This document shows positions 37,892-49,900 of a stretch of 64,000 nucleotides of DNA, in pieces. The notes beneath the pieces are model-generated. The model ran no database searches. It was not told the DNA's origin and worked only from the letters and a program-made list of their open reading frames with translations. How positions within the stretch are numbered: position 1 is the first letter of the stretch; each line of letters starts with the position of its first letter. Origin of the DNA: Oculina patagonica (taxonomy: Eukaryota); NCBI RefSeq assembly GCF_052425735.1, contig NC_135763.1, positions 17,502,298-17,566,297 of the forward strand, written 5' to 3'. The translations under genes were made by a program, and so were the position numbers.

Positions 37892-38035
37892 AGTAAGTAC
37901 CTTCACTTTGTTTCCTTTGATCTGCCATCCAGGTTCCAGAGCAGTGAACTCAATTCTGATGTCTTCATCACTGTTAGACACAAACAATCCAGCGAGAGCT
38001 GTCAATCGTCTGTTTCCCATTTCTTCTTCTTTCTG
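37892..38035 (-). CDS. Gene B exon (48 codons, phase 0/0).
   Basis: Acceptor tttttgatgaacag|CAA GTT TGC, donor GTG AAG|gtactt. It encodes QVCQKEEEMGNRRLTALAGLFVSNSDEDIRIEFTALEPGWQIKGNKVK. Confidence 0.7.
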
Positions 38036-38488
38036 GCAAACTTGCTGTTCATCAAAAAGAAGTGATAATGCAAAACCGAATTACAAATCCTTGCACGTTT
38101 AAGTCAATATTGATAAAGGAGAGTAAGTGTTACTAGTGAAACAAACAAAAAAGGAACAAAACAGAAATGCATAACAAAAACAATAAAACAAAACGAAAAG
38201 TGTCTAAATGGTATGATAAGGCACAGGAATGCAGCATGCACCTCGCCAGTTCTAAAAGAGCGGTTATAACTCCAAAAGGAAAGCGACCGAAATTCCATCC
38301 ATAAAAGTACAAAGAAGATAAATCATTGAAGAGGGTAACCTTAAATTTTGATAAAAGCATAAATAGGATTCCACTTGTGAAAGTTTCGACTTGTCAACAA
38401 CTGATCAATGTCTTCCCTTGCGTTGGACAAAACTTGACTACTATACCTTATTAATGTTTTCATCAAACTTTAATTTTTCTACCATTAC

Positions 38489-38925
38489 CTTAACGGCTGT
38501 TATGGTATCATCTACGAGATAAACGCGAATCTTCCAATCGTTTCCTTGGGTTGGCTTTTTACCAAAGATCACCATTTGCATTCTTTTCTGGTCGTCATTT
38601 CCTGGAATTCCAAAGGCCGCAACTTCAAGGTCTTCCAGCAGGCATGGGAGGGTTACTTCAATGTCGTTATGTTTGTCTAGAACTTTGGCGTCAGGGTAAA
38701 CTTCTTCCACGTTTCTCCAGCTATTTGTCATGGTAACTTCAGTCTTACTGCAGTGACTGATCAGTGACCGACATTTGACAACAATGTCCCATGTGTTACC
38801 TTTTGTCATCAAACAGCAGTGCTCGATCAGAATTGGTCCTGGAGGAGTGTTTCCTTCTCGAACTATTTCGTAACAGCTGCTGACCAAAACTGATCGAGAT
38901 TCACGATCTTCAACTTCAGCTGCTT
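38489..38925 (-). CDS. Gene B (paralog of gene A), large N-terminal domain exon (2 nt plus 145 codons).
   Basis: Acceptor ttttttttttatcaatcag|AA GCA GCT..., donor GTT AAG|gtaatgg. It encodes (x)AAEVEDRESRSVLVSSCYEIVREGNTPPGPILIEHCCLMTKGNTWDIVVKCRSLISHCSKTEVTMTNSWRNVEEVYPDAKVLDKHNDIEVTLPCLLEDLEVAAFGIPGNDDQKRMQMVIFGKKPTQGNDWKIRVYLVDDTITAVK. The track ORF 38441..38887 starts at an alternative (TTG) codon. The true start codon and any upstream exon are unresolved; the candidate ATG at about 39000 has only a weak donor. Confidence 0.6.
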
Positions 38926-41329
38926 CTGATTGATAAAAAAAAAATTAATATTCAATATCTGAATAGGACATTAAACCCCTGAAAATGCTGGAGAAAGGCG
39001 CCATGGGCTTTTACATCCTTGCAAAATAACCTATTGAATTTTGAAAGGAAAGTCAAGTTATAATAGTAAACTAATAACAACTTGAAATTGGAAGTAGATT
39101 TTAACCTGTTTCCTAGCCGGATAGGACTCTAGGACGTCAATTTAAATAAGTACTGCTTACCAGTTGTAGGGGTGGTGAATGGTACCTGGAAAATTGTGGG
39201 ACTCCGAAACTAGATCTGATCAAGAAATCCCGGAAGCCTCTCCCGAGAAGTCTCGTTTTTCATGAACGGTGTGTTGGTTTCTGCCTTGGTGTCTCGACCT
39301 TCTGCTGTAAGACACGTCTCGAAGGCTCGATCGCCAGGGCCAGGGATTTCTTATTTTAGGAAATACGTTCCAAATGCTAAAAAGGGGATCTTTCTTCGAG
39401 TGACATAACAAAAAATAATACGCGTCACGCTAAATAGGTTGCGTGTAAATCACTTTACGTTTCCTCGCCTAAGGTCCTGGCTAAACCAACAGAAAGATCC
39501 AGTAAACTAAACACTAATAAACATATTTGCTCTATTCATGAATAAATGTTGCACTTGCTGTTTAGCGTTCTAATAAAGCGAGTTTGGATCACGCTTCTTT
39601 ACTGCGAAATTTTAATATTTATTAAATGCTCCAGCAAGTATTTTCAAGTGTGTTTTATACGTATAAGATTTGGACCTCAACGTCCCTAACCCAGGTTGAA
39701 TCAGAAAGTGCAGACCTGATAGCTAGAAGCGCACTATTATCCAGTAATTTGAAATTGCAAATGACTTAGCCCTTGAAAACAGTTCCAACATTATAATTAC
39801 ACTTTCTCTTAGAGCATTTCTCACTGGGCAGGGTATAGGCAGTAATTTTGTATTTAAATATTGGTAAACTTGCCGAGTCGTGTAGAAATGGTTCCGGCTG
39901 GTAAAGTAATGAATTTGAACATGAGATCTAATCGGATGTTCCAGCTAGTTATCCACGAACTAATTGGTCTCAAATAAGGCCAGACGTACTGTAGTTCGAA
40001 GACTGTTTTTTTCGACGACCTCGAACCCTAACGACAGCTTACGGAATCGAGGAAAAAATTGTCGGCTGAATTCCAGAGGCAGTACCAGATTCAGTCTTCG
40101 GTATTGAAGTTGTCTGCCTTATGTAAAGTAATACTACATACAAGTCTCGAGATTGGTTTTCTTCGCATTCAAGTCTCCTTCTCGAATTGGACTCGGCGTC
40201 TCGGCTAGTCTAGGACTTAACGATTCACCTTCTCGTTCCATTTTTTTCTGGGCCATACCTCCAATTTGCTGACTCGACTCGATATGAAAATTACACCATA
40301 TATTGCTTTTATATTGAAGTATGGTTATATATATTCTTAAAGGTAATCGATTTTTCCATGGCAGCGATAAACAGAAAACCTCGAAATCAGCAAAACCTGA
40401 ATTTACGCGAATCAGGATTCCTTATTATATGAAAACTAATACCAAATAAAATTTAAAAAGGAATAAAAAAATTCTGTAAATAAATCACAAAAATGATTCA
40501 AATTGCCATTTTTGCATAATAATAAAAAGTGGACCGATCGAGACACAAACACAACGTTGCTGAAGTAACCTTAAATAGCACCTAAATGTGTATTTAACTA
40601 AAAAAATCAGCAGCGTTTCTTGTTTATCGTTGCCATAGAAATAACGATCGCCCTAACATGAATATATATTTTATAAATCTTCAATCCAAGACTAATTTCT
40701 CGTGAAAAATTTCATTTGGATGCGAGTCTGGGAAGACGGCTAAACGGCCAGTTGAAAATTTTAGGTATGGTTTAGAAAAAAATGTTTCGAGATACCTTAA
40801 ATTACTACATACCAAGTAGTAATTTACTCGGCAAAATATACTTGATGTAATAGGTCGTAATATATCACTCCGTCTGAGATAATTTTTTCGTGAGCTCAAC
40901 ATGAAATTAGCTGGAGAAATTAATACGTAGATCAAGTATGGAAAAGAAAAGTAAGGGATGAAACAAATATAAACAGCAAAAATAAAAATAAAAATAAAAA
41001 ATAAAATAACAAGCTAGATAAAATAATGATGTACTGCGCGTGACGAAACTGATTTTTTTTAAAGTAAACAATGAGAAGTGTAGCGAGCGGTGTACGTACC
41101 ACTCACTACAGTCTAAGTTAATTTATGCAAGTTATTAATTTTACGGACTACGAAACTACAGTTTTACATTTATTCGACTGGACTTACCAGGACGCATCGA
41201 GTCCACTTTTTGGCTTTTTCTTGGATTTATAAATTGAGCAACACTTTCCCTGTCCTTGCAGCAACAAACGTGCTGACAAAGTGAAATTTATCTAGTATGC
41301 ACGGCCAATTTTGAATTGGCGTAGATTGT

Positions 41330-41725
41330 AAACAAAAGTTACCAAAAGGGGTTTTTCCCTTTTTATGAAAACAAAGCATTTTCTAGCTGGCTAAACACTT
41401 GTTGACATTTGACATCCAGTCAAACAAATAGAAACCGAGAAATGCTCATTAAAGCACATTTCAGTTTTTAGGGGTTTTTCCCTATTTTAAGACAGCGACT
41501 TAAGCAAGTACATTTTTTATGCTAACCACATGTTTTCATTAGCATGAGGTCAAAAGATTAAAAACCGAGAAATGCTCATCAAAGCATATTTCAGTTTTTA
41601 GGGGTTTTTCCCTTTTTTAGGCAGCGACTGAAGCATATACATTTTTTATGCTAACCACATGTTTTCATTAGCATGAGGTCAAAAAATTAAAAACCGAGAA
41701 ACGCTCATCAAAGCACTTTGTAGCC
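41330..41725. repeat. Minisatellite, about 120-bp unit x about 3 (aaaccgagaaatgctcatcaaagcacatttcagtttttaggggtttttccctttttta.gcagcgact.aagca..tacattttttatgctaaccacatgttttcattagcatgaggtcaaaa.attaaaa).
   Basis: Unit starts at about 41433, 41553 and 41691 with more than 90% identity. A related degenerate motif lies at 42000..42140. Confidence 0.65.
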
Positions 41726-43074
41726 TTCATATCCTCGAGTATAACAGAATTTCTGAAAAAAAAAATGCAAAAGAAGGTATAATATCACAGATATATTCGC
41801 TGCTCTTAATCAAAATCACTTTTTAAATAACAGAGATTCACTATGTCTTTGCTTACGAGACGTGCCTGCAGACAAAACGAAACTGCAGTCGAAATTACAG
41901 TTGAAGTTCATCGAATTTATTTTCTTCTTTCCAAACTAAAATTCGTTGTGTATGTGCACTTAATCTGCTAAGAAACAGAGCGAAAATGAAATAAATGAAA
42001 CAAATCAAAGAGGTTTTTACCCCACAACATATTTTGCAACAAAGCACATTCCGGGCAAAACCGCATGACGTCATATGTGGCGACCTGTCGTGCAAATCGA
42101 AAAACGCGCATCAAAGCACATTTTAAGTTTTCTTTCTTGAGGACAACGCTTGGTTGAAAAACAGAAAGCCTAATTTTATAAGAGAGCAAAAATACGGCTT
42201 TTAGGTCGCTCCTTCTTTGTCAAAGCCAATCCTTTTTACCTGAAAACAGCAGAAAATTTACTACACCGCTTCCTTTATAAGTATGCGAAATGACTGTACA
42301 AAACGAAATTGTGCTAGGGGAATCCCTTCACTTCAAAAAAGCATTTGTAATGGGACTTTCCCTTAAACTGGTCTTAGAAGAGACTTGGTAAAATTCGTTT
42401 GCGTATATACTGCTTGACTTCTGACTAGGGAAATTACAATCTTTTCTCTTCGCGATGAATGTATGTTCTGCTCCGTGACCCGAGAAAGCAGATTACAAAC
42501 ACAACGAAGAGCTTTTATTTCGATTCATTTGACAAAATGTAATTGAGTTGGCTGTCTTTCGAAGAGCCACTTGTACAGCGCATGCAGAGAAAATTTAGCC
42601 ACGTAAACGGTAAGTTATAGTGTTAGAGTTGCCAATTTTCTTTCTCAGATGATAGAGATCTTCCTTCGTAGAGAGGGAAATTAAAATCATCACCCATTAA
42701 CCGTGCTGTTTTCTGGTGAAATGTTTATTTTAGCGGTAAAGGTGTTAATTTATAACAAATTAGCTTGAACGCCAGCTTTGCCGCACGCGTAGAGTCGCAC
42801 GAGTTCATATTGTTATGCCAACCCGCGGTCACCCGAGACGACAAGAACTTCACACCTTTTGAAAATATCACGCCCGCTTTGGTGTTACTCACGCAATCCA
42901 TCTCAAATGTATTGTAATTATCCATTTAAGCTCTTTTAATCAGCACTTGGTTGTTATGAAAGTTTATAGAGCTGGAGGCTAAAACTCAAACTCAAACGGT
43001 TATCGCTCGAAACGTCGACAACAAAGCAGCGCATAATTTCGGTTAACTGCTTTAGTAATTGTCAGCCCAAGTAA

Positions 43075-43795
43075 GAGGGTCCTGAAGGGGTAAAATGGAA
43101 CTGGGATTTGCCTATTTTGACTGGGATTTGCCTATTTTTTCACTGGGAAAATGGGATTTAGGTAACTGGGATTGGGATTCGGAAACAAAAAATGGGAATG
43201 GGAAGCATGCCCATACATGACTAAACCTGCATATTTGTGTGGCGTTTCTTACATGCAACGTGTGCACTAGGGTAAAAATAGTTCGCTAAAATGAAAAATT
43301 CAACTACGCAAAAAATTTGCGCGACATCTGCAAGAAAAAGTGTCGTAACCTTTGTCTAAAGCCATAATGAATAGGAATTAAACCCACAAGTACTAAATTT
43401 TTGAATTTAACATCTGTGCGTGGGTTTCCAAAGGTGCTGTCGATTATGGTTTGGTTTCTTCAGCTTCCCCCCCCCCCCCCCATTTTTGGGGGGCGGGGGG
43501 GGGCTGGGGCTGACAGAATTCTGAGAATGCGCATGCAGGTCAATATTAATTTCTGGACTTGCTCAACGACGCCTGTGCCTGGGTTCGCCGAAGGGAGAGT
43601 TCAGGGAGTGGACTGCATTTAGGACAATCAAAACAACAAATATATTATGCTTAAGCCCGGTTTTCCATACACTGAGAATTTTACTACTGGGAATGGGATA
43701 TGGACAAAAAATAGGCTGGGAAATGGGATTTGGGCAAAATTTGGGCTGGGAAATGGGATTTTGTACCCCCCCCCCCCCCCCCCTTCAGGACCCTC
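43075..43795. mobile_element. MITE-like DNA transposon (about 720 bp) with TIRs gagggtcctgaagggg.../...ccccttcaggaccctc, tgggatttgcctatttt subterminal repeats, and a 6-bp direct repeat AAGTAA at both flanks.
   Basis: The left end 43075..43200 and the right end 43690..43795 are reverse complements, including the (ac)tgggatttgcc / ggctgggaaatgggatt sub-repeats. AAGTAA occurs at 43069..43074 and 43796..43801. The interior contains long C/G homopolymers (43469..43483, 43490..43500) and only spurious ORFs. Confidence 0.6.
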
Positions 43796-46214
43796 AAGTA
43801 ACTGTCTTATAGTTAGTGTGATAGTGATCAGAACTGTGAATTGTAAAATTATGAATGGAAGAATACTTAAGCCTTAATTTCCGCCATTAATGTCAGTTCT
43901 GGTCGCTTAATTACTCCTGAAAGATAGGTCGTCTTTCACGGGAGTTATCGAGGAATAAGCCCGGAGTAAGCGACCTGAGAACGTTGGCCATGCAAAGAGC
44001 AGAAGGCTTAAATTCAGGCTACCAATGCTTCAATCTCGATTCAATGGGCAAAACAGATTTCCATAGATATTTTCCATCCAGTAACGCTCAGTTCTCTAGG
44101 ACAGCAATATGAAGAACCGAAGTTTGACAAATGTTTTAAGCTTACTGTTTCTTCTGGTTCATAAACAACCATGCCCATGAATTAAAATAAATACGTTTTC
44201 ATTCACTCTAGGAATTCCAAGAGGATATAGACTACTTATAGCTATTCAAGCGAAAAGTCGTTTTGTCTGACACGGTTGTCTCACTGAATATTACCTGGCT
44301 ACAACCTTCATGGGAACTAACCGAAATAACTAATTAAAGGTAAGTTCTTCACGTAGTCATGCATTAGGGCCGTAACCAGACCTTTGCAATAGACGAGGCA
44401 AGATCTTGCTAGTGGGTTCTGGGGGCATGCCTAGACCTAGAAGTTCTGAAACTCTTCAGAGACATTTTTCATAAGGTATTTCTTGAGTAAAATCAATCTT
44501 GTTCAACTGGGGGTTATTTTCCCAAGTGCATCGTCTTGCTCCTTGCTAGTTACAACCCTGTGCATATTACCCATTGCGTTTACTAATAAAAAAAATCCTG
44601 TATTATTTTAATTCGAAGCTTCTTATAACTTTCTTAGAATGAGTTGATTTCACCAAAGTATTTTAAAATATCAAAAAAAATATATATATAGAAAATCCTT
44701 GCTCAATTCAAATCATTAGCACGCCACAATGTATTGGTCACATGTTTTAGTTTACAAGCCAGTTCCAGGGGCGGATCCAGGGGGTGGGGGGGGTGGATTG
44801 GGTGGCTAGCCACCCCCCCTTGATCCACCAGAAAAATGAAAATCAACATATAAAAATAGAAAATAAGGACAATGTCCATCCACCTTTCATAGTCAGGCGG
44901 CCATTCAAAGTTAAGAAAGGCCATGTTTCCAAAATAGGAGATTTTCGACAGCCTGTTTTACGAACTTCTGGCCTAAGGGACCGGTCATTATTTATCGCCT
45001 GGGGGGAGCGGAGGTTTTGGGCTAAACATAGTAAAATTTAGGTGATCCCCCTTTAAATGTTATTTCACTGAAGTGATCCCCCCTCATTTCCATTGATAAC
45101 TTACGTGATCCCCCCCCCCCCCCACCCCAGATGTCTTTGCACCCATATTCAGTTATCAGATATGGAGCCCTGGCAAAATCACAAAACCCACAAAAAACCC
45201 ACACTCCACAAAAGTGGAGTTTTTTTTAACAACATTGCCCCACAGATTAACCAGTCTGTGTATCGTCACAAGTAATCTGGGTTCAGGAACTACCCCGTTT
45301 GTACAACAGCAAATGCGATGGGCGCTGAATAAATAGGGGAGATGTCAAACTGAACAAAGCGAATAATTTACTAAAGAGTGAGAAATACGGAGTGTGCAAA
45401 AACATAAAAGTTCATTTCAGGCATAAAGAGCTGCATTCGAAGGCGAAGAGCTCGCCTATTTAGAAGAAGCACAAAAGCGAAACACTGCACTGTACACGGA
45501 ACGTCAGTCCACTTCAGACAAGTTAACAACAGCGCGTATCAACCTGTCAAAGAAGTTTCCTTATGCCAAGAAACTCATCAGTGTCAAGAAAGCATTTTAA
45601 AAGAATAAAATCCAAGGACAACCTGCTGTAGGGGACTAAATGTTGTTGATGAATCGGATGATGAAGATCAAGAGGCAAATGAAGTCGTCGAATCGAATGT
45701 AATACAATCTTTGATGTACTCTTGCCTTACAAAAATGTAATGAATGTTACTTCACCCGTTAAATTCATAAAAAAAATGTGTAATTGTTTATAGTATCTTG
45801 TTGGCAGTTTCGAAACTTTTATTCCACGAGGCAAGAAAGTAATGATAGGGATTAGTAGTTTAACCCCAGTTAGGATGGGGAGGAGGCTACTTGAAGGGGG
45901 TGCGAACGGTTTTTAAATTGATGATTTTTTTGGCGGTTTGTCGAGCCATATGAGTAATGTAGGGTTGAAGTGGGAGGTTGGGGGGCTTGGGTGGGGAGTA
46001 TTTTCTTTAACAATATTCCATACCAGTGGGAGCTTTTTTTTCCACTGGAAGATTACATAGCAACGGAAAGACAACCGACTGAGGAATTTGAGTATGACAT
46101 AGATTTATTTCCTTTATCATTTTATCTCGAGTAACCCCCTCCCCCTTGATAAATTATTTGTCCTCCTTTTTCGTCACCTACTGGCTTAACGTTATTTTTT
46201 CACTTGTCAGGATC

Positions 46215-46391
46215 ATGTCGGACAACATCCCATTAGATGTTCAAAGGGCATATACAGATGGCGAATATTATAATTTGGATTTATTCAGTTATGTACAGCC
46301 ACCAGTGTACGGAAACAGCGGATCACTTAATCAACTCATCATGTACATAACGAGAGCCTTGGAGAACTCCGACAGATTAGCCTTTATGCAG
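46215..46391 (+). CDS. Unidentified conserved-looking protein, coding exon 1 (59 codons, ATG at 46215).
   Basis: The acceptor cacttgtcag| lies at 46208..46210, just before the ATG, which implies a 5'UTR intron. The donor is ATG CAG|gtatgg. It encodes MSDNIPLDVQRAYTDGEYYNLDLFSYVQPPVYGNSGSLNQLIMYITRALENSDRLAFMQ. Confidence 0.55.
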
Positions 46392-46568
46392 GTATGGAAG
46401 TTTTAATGACATAAAAAGACAACTGACTAGCCGACAACTGCTAGCACTTACAAGCAAGCTAAATTTGAGCAATTGTGCAAGTGATTAGTGATGTCTACCT
46501 AGTGTTATACAAGAAGGCCACCACTCCTTCCTATCACGATAATCTTATTTTATTTATTTTTCTTTTAG

Positions 46569-46688
46569 GCGGAGCAAATTAAGCATGGGATGATTAAAGT
46601 ATACTCAAACAGCTTCTGCTGGCAGAAAACGCAAGGCTCCAAACTTATTGCCAAGTTAATTATGGAAGATTTCCACGCTAAACAACAG
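46569..46688 (+). CDS. Same gene, exon 2 (40 codons, phase 0/0).
   Basis: Acceptor ttttatttatttttcttttag|GCG GAG, donor CAA CAG|gtaata. It encodes AEQIKHGMIKVYSNSFCWQKTQGSKLIAKLIMEDFHAKQQ. Confidence 0.55.
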
Positions 46689-47249
46689 GTAATAACAAAC
46701 TTTTATTTTGTCCCTGAATGACTTTTTGAAAGTTGTTCTAGTTTCATATGATTTTAATTCAAAATGGCACTGGCAAGAAATGAATGCTCGGGGGGTTAAT
46801 AAAAACGTGGTTTGGTGCCAAACTATCTTCAGAATTGCAAATTGCCGAGGATATAATGAGCAATAGATAGTTTATTTAATTTTTATTGTCTAAGTATCCT
46901 TTTGCTACCATCAGGAATTCTTGTTTGTATCCTGCGTTCTATGTAACAGATTCTTGGTACCTTTTAGAGCAAAGTAATATTTCACAATCGAGGCTGATTT
47001 CTGGGACTGTGTTGCTATTTCGATTAAGTATCATGGTAACTATAGATCGCGTCAACCTTTTTAAATGACCCTTCTCAGCCACGCCTTTGTTTTTGTTCAC
47101 ATACGAGAGTTTCGGTATTATATTTTACGCGGAGTATGTCTAAACGAACGCGATCACTGTGAAACTGCCAAAGATAATTAAACAGACTTCCAGTAACACA
47201 ACTTACAGCAGTGCAATAAGATAAGTATTTTGACTACAGCGTAGTATTT

Positions 47250-47545
47250 ATGCACCTATCAATGTTAAGCCCGAGGGGCCGGGAGGGGTCGGGCACGGGG
47301 TGGGGATTTTGACATTTTCTTTAAAAAAAAGGCAAATTCCCCACCCCCGGGACAAAATAATTGGTCAAAATCCCCACCCGGGAGCAAGGGAAGGTGGTCA
47401 GATGTCCTTCAAACCTTGTTGCAGGGGATCATATGTACGACCAAAATCCCTACACTGGGGACAGTCCTCACGATCAAATTCCCGTGGTTAGCCCAATCCC
47501 CCCCCCCCCCCGCTCCCCCTCAGGCTTAACATTGATAGGTGCATT
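47250..47545. mobile_element. Short MITE (about 296 bp) with perfect 22-bp TIRs, atgcacctatcaatgttaagcc / ggcttaacattgataggtgcat.
   Basis: The two 22-mers are exact reverse complements (47250..47271 and 47524..47545). The interior holds repeated caaaatcccCAC(cc) motifs and a C13 tract at 47504..47516. No clean TSD could be assigned. Confidence 0.6.
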
Positions 47546-47738
47546 ACCTATGTTGTCATTCATACATTTAGCACCTACGCTGCGCAGGGATTCTAGTTTT
47601 ATCACTCATGATTTCGCTTCCCCATACAGTTTTCATAATTTCGATGGCATTGAAAATGGTGGAGGCTGAATAGGGTTGAACTTCTTTACGCTACGTTGTT
47701 CAATTTTATCTTACGATGGTTTCAATCAATTATTTTAG

Positions 47739-47897
47739 GTCGACAGAAGAAAAATAGATGAAATGAAATTAGCAGAGAATAAAGTGTTCACCTTGCCAAG
47801 CTGTAATGCATCCATTATGAAACTTGTTGGAAAGTTGATGACTGTTGACAAGCAAGTTCTTTTGGAAACGGGAGAGTTAAACGTGAAACTGTCTATG
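47739..47897 (+). CDS. Same gene, exon 3 (53 codons, phase 0/0).
   Basis: Acceptor caattattttag|GTC GAC, donor TCT ATG|gtgagt. It encodes VDRRKIDEMKLAENKVFTLPSCNASIMKLVGKLMTVDKQVLLETGELNVKLSM. Confidence 0.55.
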
Positions 47898-48309
47898 GTG
47901 AGTTTCCTTTCTTTGCGGACGGACAACCTTGTTCAAGTTTATTTTTTTATTTACATAATTGTTCACGGAACTTAATTTTTTTAACGGCATGCAACCATAT
48001 CGGAAAAGGTATATATTTCAAAATCTTAGTTTTCCCTAATGCTTTACTTTCTTGAAGTACTCTAATTTGCATTTATGGATCATTTTAGCATCCTTTTATT
48101 AGTTTTGATTACGTTTGAGTCAGTTCTGGTGGTGGATAGAAAGCCCTGCATGATTACTGTGAAATTTCAACTTTTTGGTTTTCATGTCAGCTTCACTATA
48201 GTAAGAAATAACCATGACTGATATATGTCATGATGCAAACAAATGCAAATTAAATCGTAGTAAATATCGTGTACTTAGCCTTTACAAATCTTTTCCGTTT
48301 AGCTACAAG

Positions 48310-48405
48310 GTGAAACCAGGGCAGGAGTGGAACACGACTATTGTACCAGCCAGCCAACAGAACAAGAAATACCCACGTGACGCCGGATTGAACAAAGACA
48401 TAATT
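48310..48405 (+). CDS. Same gene, exon 4 (32 codons, phase 0/0). Further 3' exons not found.
   Basis: Acceptor tcttttccgtttagctacaag|GTG AAA, donor ATA ATT|gttaag (weak). It encodes VKPGQEWNTTIVPASQQNKKYPRDAGLNKDII. The boundary choice is the one that preserves phase 0; it is less certain than exons 1-3. Confidence 0.35.
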
Positions 48406-49734
48406 GTTAAGTTACTTTTGTTAGACATTATTAAGCAGACTCGTACCCAGTTTTTATTATCTTATTTCTCTTTTACTGAAAATAAAAACTGGACATGAGT
48501 CTCAATATTAGGTACTTGTATCAATAGGCAGAAAATAGAAAAAAACCCTTTGTTTCTTTTTCCCATACTAATTTGATAACGTGCCTATGCAGAGCTGTAA
48601 CTAGCAAGAGACAAGACGAGGCACTTACCTCGTCTAGAGTTTAAGCCAAAATTAAAAACATTTTTTTTTTTGCTGAGGAAATAATCCCAAGATGAACAAA
48701 GTTGATTTTTCTCAAGAAATACGTTATGAAAAATGTCGAAGAAAAAGTTTCAGAGCTTCTAGATTTCAAAATTTTCTAAAGGGCATGCCCCCAGAACCCC
48801 CTAACAAGATCTTGCCTCGTCTATTGCAAAGGTCTGGTTAAGGCACATTGGGTATCATTTTGTGTCTTTTTTGATGTACATTTCTGGTGCCAAGTTCGAA
48901 GAATACCACCCTAATATTTATAGAGATATTCTTGATTTAGTGCTTTGTCTTTTTGTTGAACGATTTGTAACGTCATCACTTTTCTCATTTGCATAATACA
49001 AAAATGTAAATATTTCTAAAAAATAGAAGATATTTCAAAAAGAAAAACGCCATTCTTCTTTATTTTGAAAAAGCCTCTTAGATAAGCAACAATTATCCTG
49101 GGGCACTTTAAGTGAGTTTGCAATTATAATGCGATGGTCCACGGTTTCTCAAGAGATCATCAGCTCTCAAAATCATTATTCCCTGCATTGAAACTGGTCC
49201 ATGTTTCGGTAAAATGGAAAATAATTCATTTTAAGGCTGGATTCTGAGCATTTTTCAAAAATGGTGGTCCTTAGTGTCATTTGTGTATGTGATAATACGC
49301 GATAATTATTTATCGTTTCATTGTAGTATATATTTATTAGCTAGGGGAAGGATATTATGGTAACTTCTCAATGATAATATATTAATATCGGCCACTCAAT
49401 TATTTTGAAGCTTTCTCGTGTCCAACGTCGCAATAACAATTAGTAATATGGAAATTATACGAACCCTATTTAGACTGGTATTTCGAACTGTTAATGGTGT
49501 GCGTATGTGTGGTGATACATCCAGAAAAGTTATTTCAACGATGGTCTCATTAGGATTATGAATTCAAATCGCACTTAAGCGATGTCAGAAATTGTAAAAA
49601 ATTCCTCCATCTTGGATGTCAAAATTTATGTTATGAAGTTGCCTCAATTGTCAAATTAAAATGCTTTAATGTATAGAGTACCAAAACAAAATAAAAAATA
49701 AAAAGGCAACCATACCCGCTCAGCAGGCCGGACC

Positions 49735-49900
49735 TTGTCCCAGTTATAGTGGCACGAAACGACAAGGAGTATTACTACTCCCACCCTGGATAGGATGCTA
49801 GTCCATCGATCACAGGGTTACCCTTGGCAATGTATAAGTGAAATGGGCTCCTGCCAGTACCAATTTATACACCTGGGTTGAGAGATCGGCAAGGAAACGT
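49735..49900 (+). repeat. Repeat family Y, 5'-part copy.
   Basis: caggccggaccttgtcccagttatagtggcacgaaacgacaaggagtattactactcccaccctggataggatgctagtccatcgatcacagggttaccc...tttatacacctgggttgagaga aligns with 54870..55030. Confidence 0.5.

Noticed and set aside
39220-39411. Possible upstream exon or start codon for gene B
   Set aside because: The ORF is short and basic-rich with no homology to gene A exon 0. A 25-nt micro-exon candidate (39150..39174, ...ACTG|gtaagc) and an ATG at about 39000 were considered, but their donors and phase are weak. The question is left unresolved rather than called.
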